From positions 1,315,214-1,379,213 of the forward strand of contig CAXSZR010000001.1 of the NCBI GenBank assembly GCA_964242385.1: 64,000 nucleotides of DNA. The letters run 5' to 3'. Source of the stretch: an uncultured Mucilaginibacter sp. Lineage in GTDB: Bacteria; Bacteroidota; Bacteroidia; Sphingobacteriales; Sphingobacteriaceae. The notes under the pieces are model-generated. The model made no database searches. It was not told the origin of the DNA and was given only the letters and a program-made list of their open reading frames with translations. Positions 38,484 through 48,334 of this stretch are shown one piece after another. The translations under genes were made by a program, and so were the position numbers. Numbering within the stretch: the first letter of the stretch is position 1; every line of letters starts with the position of its first letter.

Positions 38484-41400
38484 TTATTTATTCTGCAATG
38501 CCGAGAATTTGCTTTCGTAGTCATTTAACTGGGCATACAACTGTTTGCTTAAGCCAGTTTGGTTGGTGCTTTTGGTAGAATCGGCCATGCCGCTAAGCAA
38601 CTGGATACCCAACTGTATGGTGCGGGTATCTATGCCCTCTTTGCTATTCTGCAACAGGTAATAATTATAATCCAGCTGATCGGTTAGATAATTATCAACG
38701 CTTTTAACGTACTTGTTACCCAGCTTTACATCGTCGAGCTTATAGGCTGTTTGCGCGAGCGAAAACTTAAGGGCCGCGGTATCCAGGTCGGGATTAACAT
38801 CAGGCATTTCGCTATCAAACTTGTGGAGGGCGTTCAAGGCCTTCCCTTTTTGCCCTTCCATTAGCAGCGCTTCCGATAAATCTTCAAACGATATTTCAAG
38901 CGAAAAATAAGATTGCGTTAACGAGATATTGTCCAGGTACTTAGCATGTTTAAAATTGCCATATTTAAATTTGTTCACCATATTATCATACATCGGCGCG
39001 GTATTTACGCGGGCCATGTCATTACCGGCACGTACATCCGGTTTAAAAGGGATAAGGTGATATACAAAGCCTTCTTTATAAAAGTATTGCTGCAAACCCA
39101 GCATAGCCGATGGTGCCGATGTAACTGTAAAGCAGATAGGACGTTTCCAGTTGTTATGAGCAATAATATCCATCATGGCTAAATTATCTTTGGTAACATA
39201 GTTAGATGTATACTTCCACTCCATTGCCGGTACCAGCCTGTCTTTCTGATCTGGTGTAATAACGCCATTTTTAATTACGTCATCAGCATTTACGGTTAGC
39301 TTAAAATTCTTGGTTGGCAAAAAGTTTAGCTTGTCGCCGCTTTGGTATTCCAGTTTGGTACGGTCATCATCGGAGGTAAGGAAATCCACAACATCTTTCA
39401 ATTCTACAGATTCAGGTATTTTCTGATCATTGTAATACATCACATCCCTGGTACCCTCTTTATATTTTTCAAAAGGTGTGGTGATAGGCAAAGGATCTGA
39501 CTGATTCATTTTTGCCTGCATCTGGTGGATGTACCAGTCGCCGCTAAACAAGCTAAGGCAAACAATGCGCACATCCGGCCGAATGCCTTCTACCTCCTGG
39601 TCATACCATAACGAGTAGGTATCGTTATCACCAAACGTAAACAGTATGGCGTTTTTTGGGCAGGAAATCAGATAGTTATAAGCCATATCATGCGGTACCA
39701 ATTTGGTAGAGCGGTCGTGGCCGCGCCACTCTTTAAAGGCAAGTAAGGCCGGTACGGCTATCATGCAAATTACAAATGCACCAATGGATGCAACTTTTGC
39801 ATTAAGACGTTTTCGAGCAAAATCGGCTACGGCCAAAAAGCCTATCCCTATCCAAATGGCAAAGGCATAAAACGACCCTACGTAAGAGTAATCCCTTTCG
39901 CGGGGCTGTACAGAGTTCTGGTTCACATACAGCACAATGGCCACTCCTGTAAAAAAGAATAATAAGGCGATGATCAATGCATCGTTTTTAATTTTTCTGT
40001 AATGATAAAAGGCGCCCAATAATCCCAATATAAATGGCAGTGCATATAAAGGTGTGTAGTTGGTATTTTGAGATACTGCCTTAGGTATGTGTTGATCAAA
40101 AAAGCCGCTTGTCCAGTTACCGTTAAGGCTTACGGTGCTTTGCTGCCCGTCTGTTTCGTTATAGCGGCCCACAAAGTTCCAGAGAAAATAACGCACATAC
40201 ATCTGGTACACTTGCCAGCTAAATAACCATTTTAAATTATCGCTAAAAGTTGGTGCCTGTACCTCGCCTAACTGCAGCCATTGCTTATAGAATTGTACAT
40301 TCTGCGCATAGTATTGATCACTTTCGGTACTCCAGATTCTTGGGAAAAGCGTTGTGTGGTCATACTGGTAATCTACCCTTTTACCAACCTTTTCATATTT
40401 AGATTTACCCTTTGCATAAATAGTGTTACCATCTTTTTCATCAACAATTTTAGCATCGAAGTAAGGGCCCGAAAGCAAAGGCGTTTCACCGTATTGAATA
40501 CGATTCAGGTAGCCGTATAGCGTGAAAGCATTGTCGGGCTTGGAGTTGTTCAGATCTGTATTGGCCGCAGCGCGGATGGGAATATAAATAAAAGAACCGT
40601 AACCAAAATACACAAATGTAACGCAAAGCAAAACGAGGTTCAATACAGGTTTTTTATTGCGGATGCTGTAACAGATACCACCCGCAAGCATAGCAGTAAT
40701 CAAAATTAAAAATGCTGCCGCGCCGCTGCCAAAACTTAAACCTAATGTGTTTACAAAAAAGAAATCGAACCAGGCGGCAAAGTAAATAGTGTAGCCTCTT
40801 ATACCTACTTGTACCAGCCCAAGAATTACAATGCTGATAAAAAATGCGATAAGTCCCTTTTTAAAGTTCCCGTTTTTGTTTTTGCGGAAGTAATAAACCA
40901 TGGCAACCGCCGGTATGGTAAGCAGATTAAGCAAATGGATGCCGATGGAAAGGCCGATGATGTAGGCAATAAGCAGGATCCATTTATCGGCCATCGGCTC
41001 ATCAGCGTTTGCTTCCCATTTTAATATTGCCCAGAAAACAATAGCAGTACACATGGAAGACATAGCAAAAACAATAGTCTCCACTGCCGAAAACCAAAAT
41101 GTATCTGTAAAAGTGAATGCCAGCGCACCAACCAAGCCTGCGCCAAAGATTTTTACCATTTTCGGGCGTCCTAAAATGGATTCTGCTTTGTTAAGTACAA
41201 TTCTCTTTGCAAGTGCCGTTATTGTCCAGAATAAAAACATGATAGTGACAGCACTTGCCAATGCCGACATAAGGTTAGTAGCATAAGCTACCCTTGCATT
41301 ATTGCCAAACGACAGCAGAGAGAATGCTTTGCCAAGCATGGCAAACATAGGATAACCAGGCTGATGCGATACCTGCAAACGGTATGCGCACGAAATAAAT

Positions 41401-41522
41401 TCGCCGCAATCCCAAAAGCTTACGGAGGGTTCAAGGGTTAGGATATACGTTGCCGCAGCAATGGCGAAACAAAACCAGCCAAAAATGTTGTTGATTTTTT
41501 TGTAGGTGTAAAGGTTACTCAT
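38484..41522 (-). CDS. DUF2723 multi-pass membrane protein (GT-C-like, TMEM260-related)
   Basis: SFWDCGEFI, HQPGYP, WFSAVET, HLLNLL, QPRERDY, FTFGDNDTY. Confidence 0.87.
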   Translation of the reverse strand: MSNLYTYKKINNIFGWFCFAIAAATYILTLEPSVSFWDCGEFISCAYRLQVSHQPGYPMFAMLGKAFSLLSFGNNARVAYATNLMSALASAVTIMFLFWTITALAKRIVLNKAESILGRPKMVKIFGAGLVGALAFTFTDTFWFSAVETIVFAMSSMCTAIVFWAILKWEANADEPMADKWILLIAYIIGLSIGIHLLNLLTIPAVAMVYYFRKNKNGNFKKGLIAFFISIVILGLVQVGIRGYTIYFAAWFDFFFVNTLGLSFGSGAAAFLILITAMLAGGICYSIRNKKPVLNLVLLCVTFVYFGYGSFIYIPIRAAANTDLNNSKPDNAFTLYGYLNRIQYGETPLLSGPYFDAKIVDEKDGNTIYAKGKSKYEKVGKRVDYQYDHTTLFPRIWSTESDQYYAQNVQFYKQWLQLGEVQAPTFSDNLKWLFSWQVYQMYVRYFLWNFVGRYNETDGQQSTVSLNGNWTSGFFDQHIPKAVSQNTNYTPLYALPFILGLLGAFYHYRKIKNDALIIALLFFFTGVAIVLYVNQNSVQPRERDYSYVGSFYAFAIWIGIGFLAVADFARKRLNAKVASIGAFVICMIAVPALLAFKEWRGHDRSTKLVPHDMAYNYLISCPKNAILFTFGDNDTYSLWYDQEVEGIRPDVRIVCLSLFSGDWYIHQMQAKMNQSDPLPITTPFEKYKEGTRDVMYYNDQKIPESVELKDVVDFLTSDDDRTKLEYQSGDKLNFLPTKNFKLTVNADDVIKNGVITPDQKDRLVPAMEWKYTSNYVTKDNLAMMDIIAHNNWKRPICFTVTSAPSAMLGLQQYFYKEGFVYHLIPFKPDVRAGNDMARVNTAPMYDNMVNKFKYGNFKHAKYLDNISLTQSYFSLEISFEDLSEALLMEGQKGKALNALHKFDSEMPDVNPDLDTAALKFSLAQTAYKLDDVKLGNKYVKSVDNYLTDQLDYNYYLLQNSKEGIDTRTIQLGIQLLSGMADSTKSTNQTGLSKQLYAQLNDYESKFSALQNK

Positions 41523-41595
41523 GGATGTTTGGTTTACGGTAAAAAATGTTCAAATACATTTACCGATAACCAATTTCAGAGTTATTATTCAATCA

Positions 41596-41630
41596 TTAAA
41601 CTGATTTAACACCTCTTAACAATTTTTAAC
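41596..41630. promoter_or_regulatory. Four 10-bp-phased TTAA(C/A) direct repeats upstream of DUF2723
   Basis: TTAAA 41596, TTAAC 41606, 41616, 41626. Confidence 0.55.
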
Positions 41631-41684
41631 TAAAAATGCAGGAGATTTAACATTTGGAAGATGATACAGAGGAAGCTAAGAGTT

Positions 41685-41861
41685 TCAGGCGGTCTTTTGT
41701 ACCCTAAATTCTTCAATCTTAAGTTCAATAACCTGAAGCGACTTTTTTAAATTACTTATATAATTGCGGGTATTTTCGTCGGTAACGTTGGCGTGCGTTA
41801 AATGGCTAAGAATTTCTAAGATTCTTTCTCGCGACCTCAGGAATTTGTTAATTTCTGCCAT
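41685..41861 (-). CDS. Hypothetical 58-aa helical protein
   Basis: Hand translation MAEINKFLRSRERILEILSH...EEFRVQKTA*. Below the ORF-track cutoff. AAC-N16-CGTA promoter-like motif at 41884-41907. Confidence 0.6.
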   Translation of the reverse strand: MAEINKFLRSRERILEILSHLTHANVTDENTRNYISNLKKSLQVIELKIEEFRVQKTA

Positions 41862-42063
41862 AGCTTTAAGGTTTCAATACTTTTACGTTTTTAAACGCTT
41901 AAAGTTGTCATTTTGAAAGCCCTTGAGGGTAACTTTGGTGTTACAATTAACTATTAATCAGTGTTTAATAGCAAAATATTTCATTACTATTAATAACGGC
42001 AACCGTTAGTTTAAAAATAACTATAAGGCAATAAAGTCAAGATTTCAAGGATGCCGTTAAACA

Positions 42064-42098
42064 AAAAGAGCGAAGCTCTTTTCAGACTCCGCTCTTTT
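42064..42098 (-). terminator. Terminator-like hairpin
   Basis: AAAAGAGCG/CGCTCTTTT just downstream of the DUF4440-like gene. Confidence 0.55.
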
Positions 42099-42116
42099 AA
42101 AATTCGTTCGTAAACT

Positions 42117-42986
42117 TTATTCGTTTTCTACGGCTGAAAATACTTCCAGCACCATATCCCATTTATGGGTTTTGTCTATCTGCCAGATGCGTACATAGTT
42201 ATAATTGCTAACAACGTTGCCCTTTTTTATACGTGCCTTACCATAGGTATAAGCAAGGTCATTACTTGTTGACCGGCCTGCATTGGTAGTTTCGGCAGTG
42301 ATGTTTATACCTTCATTCTCAACAAACTTCATTACTTTGCCCAAACCGATAAGCGGCTCAAAACCCGGGAAATAATAACGTCCATCTGGAGTTAAGAATT
42401 CTTTGTAGGCTGCCAGGGTTGATAACGTAAGCGAGTGGTTAAACATATTATCAGTCGCCATAATGATCTTTTTACCATTAAAAGGATCTTTGCTTGGCGT
42501 TACGCGCTTGTTATCTTCCGGGTTCCTGATATCAGTTACCTCTGTCTGTTCACCTTCAGGGTGTTGTATGCCCAGGTTTATTAAAAGCTTAAATTTGCCG
42601 TCGCTGTCCTTGCGCCATACAGAAACATAATCGCCAAAAACTTTATCAGTATCGTTATTGCCATTCTGATAAATATATGGGCCGGCAGTAAATCCCAAGT
42701 CGCCATTAGCAGAAATACGGGCAAAATTAGGATGTGTTACCAGGGTACCTGCCTGCTTGTCTATGCTGCTGTAAAAATCTGTAATACTTACGGCGTTTGG
42801 TTTAAATACAATTCCCTCGGCATCTGCTACAGCTAAAAAACCGCTTTTAATGCCTTTACGCTCAACCAGCTTATTAAAATTCTGTTCTGCCTCCACAACG
42901 TTCTTTACGTCGGCAGGGGCCGTTTGTGCAAAAGTTGTTTTATTTAAACCGATTAAGATAATTGCGCCTAATAATATTTTTTTCAT
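42117..42986 (-). CDS. Exported tandem NTF2/SnoaL (DUF4440-like) protein
   Basis: Signal peptide; two repeats (GDLGFTAGPY..YVSVWRK and NDLAYTYG..YVRIWQ). Confidence 0.75.
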   Translation of the reverse strand: MKKILLGAIILIGLNKTTFAQTAPADVKNVVEAEQNFNKLVERKGIKSGFLAVADAEGIVFKPNAVSITDFYSSIDKQAGTLVTHPNFARISANGDLGFTAGPYIYQNGNNDTDKVFGDYVSVWRKDSDGKFKLLINLGIQHPEGEQTEVTDIRNPEDNKRVTPSKDPFNGKKIIMATDNMFNHSLTLSTLAAYKEFLTPDGRYYFPGFEPLIGLGKVMKFVENEGINITAETTNAGRSTSNDLAYTYGKARIKKGNVVSNYNYVRIWQIDKTHKWDMVLEVFSAVENE

Positions 42987-43090
42987 TCTAATTTAGATGT
43001 GTGCCAATTTAATATTTTATTTAGCAATACAGCTAACATGCTGTTCTGTTTCAATAATGTGACAATTGTGTTTTAACGTAATTTATGCAA

Positions 43091-44554
43091 TTAAATTTTG
43101 CTCCAGTTGGTGCCTTCCTTACTATCATTAAGTTGAAAGCCTATTTCTTTTAAACCATTCCTGATCTTGTCAGAGGTAGCATAATCATGATTTACCTTTG
43201 CTTCGTTCCGCAACGTTACCACCAGTTGTAACACTTTTGGCAAGTCGTCATTGGCTGCCTGTTCGCTTTTTAGCCCCAACACATCCGTAATAAAGGCGTT
43301 CATCAGATGCTTTAAAAGGCCCAGGTTTTCTTCATTGATCTTAAGCTTTCTGTCATAAACCGAATTTACAATGCGCGATGCTTCAAACAATTCGGCTATC
43401 AGTACCGGGCTGTTGAAATCATCGTCCATGGCGGCGTAGCATTTATCAAGCAAAGGCTGAATATCCACTTCGCCCGTTGGCGATGCCTTCAGTTTATCAA
43501 GCAACTCAAAAGAATTCATAAGCCGCCTGAACCCTTTTTCAGAAGCTTCCATGGCATCGTTACCAAAATCGAGCGTACTGCGGTAGTTGGCCTGCAGCAT
43601 AAAAAAGCGCACCGTCATAGGGCTGTAGCCCTTATTTAATATAGAGTGCTCGCCGGTAAAAAGTTCATGCGGTAAAAAACTGTTACCAAGCGACTTAGAC
43701 ATTTTTTGACCGTTCACCGTAAGCATATTGGTATGGATCCAGTAATTAGCCGGGTTTTTACCGCACGAAGCCACGTTCTGAGCAATTTCATTGGTGTGGT
43801 GTGTAGGCACCAGGTCTATACCGCCGCCGTGAATATCAAACTGCTCGCCCAGGTATTTATTGCTCATGGCAGAGCATTCCAGGTGCCAGCCGGGGAAACC
43901 TACACTCCATGGCGAAGGCCATTTCATCAGGTGTTCGGGCTTGGCTTTTATCCATAGCGCAAAATCCAGCTTGCCGTGTTTTTCCTGCTGGCCGCCTAAA
44001 GCGCGGGTATTATTCAACAGGTCATCCAGGTTACGGCCATTCAAAATGCCGTAGTCCTGCGTTTTGTTATATTTTTCTACATCGAAATAAACCGATCCGT
44101 CAACCTCATAAGCGTAGCCTTTTTCCAATATGGCTTTTACCAGCTCAATCTGTTCTATGATATGGCCGGTTGCAGTAGGCTCTATGCTTGGCGGCAGTAT
44201 ATTAAAGATGCGCATAATATCATGAAAACCTACGGTGTACTTTTGTACAATTTCCATTGGCTCCAGCTGCGCTATTTTAGCTTTTTTGGATATTTTGTCC
44301 TCTCCTTCGTCGCCGGCATCACCTTCTAAATGGCCTGCATCTGTAATATTACGTACGTAACGAACCTTGTAACCTAAATGGGTAAGGTATCTGAATATTA
44401 AATCGAAAGATATATAGGTACGGCAGTTGCCAAGATGAACATCACTGTAAACTGTAGGGCCGCAAACGTACATACCCACATGCGGGGGATTTAGCGGCTC
44501 AAATTTTTCTTTTTTGCGTGTTAAAGTATTGTAAACAAACAAATTTTGTTTCAT
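43091..44554 (-). CDS. cysS: Cysteine--tRNA ligase
   Basis: YVCGPTVY, HLGN, PGWHLEC, DIHGGG, KMSKS. TAAGTTTG box at 44560-44567. Confidence 0.97.
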   Translation of the reverse strand: MKQNLFVYNTLTRKKEKFEPLNPPHVGMYVCGPTVYSDVHLGNCRTYISFDLIFRYLTHLGYKVRYVRNITDAGHLEGDAGDEGEDKISKKAKIAQLEPMEIVQKYTVGFHDIMRIFNILPPSIEPTATGHIIEQIELVKAILEKGYAYEVDGSVYFDVEKYNKTQDYGILNGRNLDDLLNNTRALGGQQEKHGKLDFALWIKAKPEHLMKWPSPWSVGFPGWHLECSAMSNKYLGEQFDIHGGGIDLVPTHHTNEIAQNVASCGKNPANYWIHTNMLTVNGQKMSKSLGNSFLPHELFTGEHSILNKGYSPMTVRFFMLQANYRSTLDFGNDAMEASEKGFRRLMNSFELLDKLKASPTGEVDIQPLLDKCYAAMDDDFNSPVLIAELFEASRIVNSVYDRKLKINEENLGLLKHLMNAFITDVLGLKSEQAANDDLPKVLQLVVTLRNEAKVNHDYATSDKIRNGLKEIGFQLNDSKEGTNWSKI

Positions 44555-44698
44555 GCGGGCAAACTTACTGTTTTTTTAACAGTGATTGGAAATTCAACAA
44601 CGGAGGCAGGGCAATTTTGTTGGCCCGATACACAAATATTAACTTCTATTAACAATTCTGTTTCCAAAGCCAAAACAGCCTGCGTTAGGTTGCCTTTT

Positions 44699-45661
44699 TT
44701 ATTTTTTTAAACCTATTTCGCGTAGGCGTTCGTCCAGATATTCACCGGCAGTAATGTCTTCATACTGTTTAGGATGCGCTGCATCTATACATGAAGGCAG
44801 ACAAGTAAGATCCATATCAGACTTTGGATGCAGAAAGAAAGGTACCGAATAGCGTGAAAATTTCATCAGCTCACGGGGCGGGTTTACTACCCGGTGGGTG
44901 GTGGATTTTAACTTATTATTGGTTAAGCGCTGTAACATGTCGCCTACATTCACTACCAGGTCTTCCCCGTAAGCCTTCACCGGGAACCATTCGTTTTCGC
45001 GGGTAAGCAATTCAAGGCCGTCTGCGCTGGCTCCTATCAATAACGTAATAAGGTTAATATCTTCATGGGCACCGGCTCTTACCGCATCGGCAGGCAATGC
45101 ATCGGGGTTTGTAATTGGGAAATAATGCAGCGTACGTAAAATAGAATTACCGTTATGCACTTTATCATCAAAATAATCTTCAGGCAATTCCAGGTAAACG
45201 GCTATGGCACGCAACAAATGTTTTCCCACCCATTCCAGTCTTTGATAAACATCTAAGGTAGTTTTATTAAAATCAGGCACTTCATTAAGTACCGTATTTG
45301 CAGGATACTGATCTTTAAGCGGAGAGCCGTCTGTAACGGTTTGTCCTATCTGCCAAAATTCTTTCAGATCGGGGGCAGTAAAACCTTTGGCAGTTTCCTT
45401 ACCTTTACTGGTATATCCGCGTTGCCCCGCAAGTTCAGGAACCTCATATTGAAGCTTATTATCTTCAGGCAGTGCAAAAAGAGCCTTTACATCGTCATAG
45501 AGTTTATCTATGAGTTCTTTTGTTAATCCATGATTTGTAATGGTAACGAACCCTGTTTCGTTAAATGCTTTTCCAATGTCGTTCGAAAATTGTTTCCGTT
45601 CGGTATCGGTGCCATTAACATAAACGTTCAAATCAAGACGCGGGATGTTTACAGTGCTCAT
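44699..45661 (-). CDS. Isopenicillin N synthase-family 2OG/Fe(II) dioxygenase
   Basis: HED...H facial triad (GAHEDINL, STTHRV), RYS 2OG-binding motif. Confidence 0.9.
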   Translation of the reverse strand: MSTVNIPRLDLNVYVNGTDTERKQFSNDIGKAFNETGFVTITNHGLTKELIDKLYDDVKALFALPEDNKLQYEVPELAGQRGYTSKGKETAKGFTAPDLKEFWQIGQTVTDGSPLKDQYPANTVLNEVPDFNKTTLDVYQRLEWVGKHLLRAIAVYLELPEDYFDDKVHNGNSILRTLHYFPITNPDALPADAVRAGAHEDINLITLLIGASADGLELLTRENEWFPVKAYGEDLVVNVGDMLQRLTNNKLKSTTHRVVNPPRELMKFSRYSVPFFLHPKSDMDLTCLPSCIDAAHPKQYEDITAGEYLDERLREIGLKK

Positions 45662-45901
45662 AAGTATCGTATTATAATTTTGGTAAAACTATCTATTTTA
45701 AAAAATACTGCATAACATTTAATAAAAAACCTAAGCCGGTGGCAGGAGGTAAACAATATTTTAGTCTTTATTAAACCAAATACGCATATTATAATCTACC
45801 TTAAGGTTTTTAAATTGAATATCCCTGATAAAATAAAGGGGCGTATTGTAACCGAAATCTTCATTATACGTTAATTAAATTAGAGCCATCCTACAATTAA
45901 A

Positions 45902-46378
45902 ATGAAAAGATATTTAAAATCGAGACTTAGTACTTGCCTGTTGCAACTGTTTTTGCTTTGCGGAATATTTTCAACCGGAGCATTTAGCTACCGTAAGCCG
46001 GTGATTGCTGCCTCCGCAGGCCGAACACATATTGTTTTTATAGAAGACTCCTGGACCGAGGCCTTAAGGCAGGCAAAACTACAGAACAAATATATTTTTG
46101 TGGATGCATATGCTACCTGGTGCGGCTACTGCAAAATGCTGAAGGCAAAAACCTTTACCGATGAGCGTGCGGCAGAATTTTATAACAGCAACTTTGTAAA
46201 CGTATCAATTGATATGGAAAAAGGCCAGGGGCCGGCACTTGCTGCACAATGGCAGCTAAGGGCATATCCTACCCTGATCATTTTTAACCAGAAAGGCGAA
46301 CCGGTTTTAGGCAACACCGGCTTTTTAAAAGCAGACGACCTGATACGTTTCGGCAAACAAGCTCTTGCCCGTAAATAA
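45902..46378 (+). CDS. Exported thioredoxin-family protein
   Basis: WCGYC, AYPT cis-Pro; signal peptide. Confidence 0.85.
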   Translation: MKRYLKSRLSTCLLQLFLLCGIFSTGAFSYRKPVIAASAGRTHIVFIEDSWTEALRQAKLQNKYIFVDAYATWCGYCKMLKAKTFTDERAAEFYNSNFVNVSIDMEKGQGPALAAQWQLRAYPTLIIFNQKGEPVLGNTGFLKADDLIRFGKQALARK

Positions 46379-46379
46379 A

Positions 46380-46408
46380 AAAACCGGCCCTGTTACAGCG
46401 CCGGTTTT
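46380..46408. terminator. Bidirectional terminator
   Basis: AAAACCGGC/GCCGGTTTT between convergent genes. Confidence 0.65.
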
Positions 46409-46425
46409 CTATAAAGTAGATAAGC

Positions 46426-47280
46426 TTATTTAAAGAATGGTTTAACTATTCCTAACACAGTTGCCATATCAAGCGGCTCATCAAAAGCCTCGCAAGCAAC
46501 GTTGTAAGCAGTGGTAGAACCTGATGCTGAAGCAAGGGTGGTTAAATTTACACCGGCCTGTGTAACATTGTTTTCTGCAGGATAAGTAGCAGATGCGCCT
46601 GCACCGTAGCTTGCATTTACTGCAGCAACGCCAGTATCATTATAAACACTTGCACTACCGGTAATCCATGGCGTGATGTTTACACCTCGTGATGCACGGA
46701 TGGAACGCAATGCAGAAGCATGTCGCGCCTCTACAGCATGAATATCTAACGCAGCTGTCAATACAACCTGGTTACCCAAAAGATTTGGAGCCTGGCCTTT
46801 GTATGCACGTACACCTGTATCTTCAAAGGTGTTAGCTACCGCCAAAAAGGTATCATAATTTGATAACACTGTTGGGAACGCACCACCTGCGGTTAAATCA
46901 AATGAAGGCATTGCCACTGCATTATTACCTAAAACAGACTTTAAAAATGCAACGTGTGCAGATTCATCGGCAGCAATTTTAGTAATTGATGCAGTATCGG
47001 TACTTGCAATTAAACCCGAGGTAGCAAGACCTTGAGTATAGAAATATGATTCAAGGTACTCTAATTGTAAAGCAAAGTTAAGCACATCATTTACTGCAAC
47101 GGTAGCAGTTTGGCCGTATGCTTTTTTAAACATGGTTGCTAAAGCAAAAGGCAATGCAGCAACAGCTACCTTTGAACCAAAGCTTGTTATATTTTTGATC
47201 GCGTCTCTGCGAGGGCTAATGCGCTCGTGAATTTCCGGATCTACTGTTTCAATTTCTTCTAATACTTTAAATATGTTCAT
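46426..47280 (-). CDS. Ferritin-like domain protein (desiccation-associated type)
   Basis: LNFALQLEYLE, DESAH, FEDTGVRAY, VEARH. Confidence 0.88.
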   Translation of the reverse strand: MNIFKVLEEIETVDPEIHERISPRRDAIKNITSFGSKVAVAALPFALATMFKKAYGQTATVAVNDVLNFALQLEYLESYFYTQGLATSGLIASTDTASITKIAADESAHVAFLKSVLGNNAVAMPSFDLTAGGAFPTVLSNYDTFLAVANTFEDTGVRAYKGQAPNLLGNQVVLTAALDIHAVEARHASALRSIRASRGVNITPWITGSASVYNDTGVAAVNASYGAGASATYPAENNVTQAGVNLTTLASASGSTTAYNVACEAFDEPLDMATVLGIVKPFFK

Positions 47281-47291
47281 GGCGATGTTTT

Positions 47292-47987
47292 TTAAGATGC
47301 AAAGTAATTATAAGCTGATGCACTTACTTTGGTTTTAAGATAAGTGTTTGCAATTGGAAGCACTTGTGCTACAGATGCATGATTGTTTAATCCGGTAGTA
47401 GCACTAACCACATCAGACGCTGCAAAGCTTCCAGGTGTGATTAAGTCGCGGATGTATGCAGCATGCCTTGCTTCAACAGAAACAATTTTACCTGCAAGGA
47501 TAAGATAATCAGCATTTTGAATCAAGTATCCAACGCCATCATATGCCATTACGCCTGTATCTTCAAATGCTTTTGCAGCACCCAGTACGCTGGTACGGCT
47601 GGTAAAATCAATTGAAGAAAAATCTACAGTAAGGCCAATGATTGCTTTAGAACCTAACGCAGCTTTAAAAAAGTTACGGTGCAGGATTTCATGATCACGG
47701 ATAGAGGTAAGCATGGTTTTTTCTGATGCACTCATGTTAGTGTAAGGAGTAGCGATTACCTGTGTGTAAAATGCGGCTTCCAACTGCTCAAGCGCATAAG
47801 CATAATTTAAGATACCGGTATCGCCCGAACCGATATCAACGCCCGATGCAAAGGCTACATTGTGATCTTTGTGGCAGGCTGCTGTTGCTAAGATTCCAGC
47901 AGACGCAGCTCCGATACCGGCATAGCGTAAAAATGACCTTCTGGCCATATTTGCACCGGCAACGTTTTCTTGTGTTTCTGTTTTCAT
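47292..47987 (-). CDS. Ferritin-like domain protein, Tat lipoprotein
   Basis: ARRSFLRY...ATAAC signal; LNYAYALEQLE, HEILH, VEARH. Confidence 0.88.
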   Translation of the reverse strand: MKTETQENVAGANMARRSFLRYAGIGAASAGILATAACHKDHNVAFASGVDIGSGDTGILNYAYALEQLEAAFYTQVIATPYTNMSASEKTMLTSIRDHEILHRNFFKAALGSKAIIGLTVDFSSIDFTSRTSVLGAAKAFEDTGVMAYDGVGYLIQNADYLILAGKIVSVEARHAAYIRDLITPGSFAASDVVSATTGLNNHASVAQVLPIANTYLKTKVSASAYNYFAS

Positions 47988-48298
47988 AAATAGAAGTTTG
48001 TTTAATTTAAATTTGGTGTTCTTTTTATAACTACGAGGCAGTTTAGGTTTCAGTTTTAGGTTTTTAACTTTAATTAAACTCCGTTTAGGAATATTTTAAA
48101 ACCTGCTGTAAATAAGCAACCAAAATTTAAATTGTTTCAGTTTAAAAAACTTTTTTTTGCGAAAATTAAAATTTATTCCCATTGGTTTTAAAAACAAGTT
48201 AAATACTCTTTGTAGTTTTAAATCATGCGTTTGAAGGGAATTGAATGTGATTCCGAATGAAAAGGAAATTTACAAAAGCCTGCCAAAAATAAAGGCAC

Positions 48299-48334
48299 AA
48301 AAAAAGGCCGAAAAACTCTCGCAGTGTTTCGGCC
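48299..48334 (-). terminator. Orphan intrinsic terminator
   Basis: Minus strand GGCCGAAA...UUUCGGCC-UUUUUUU, with no minus-strand CDS upstream. Confidence 0.65.
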
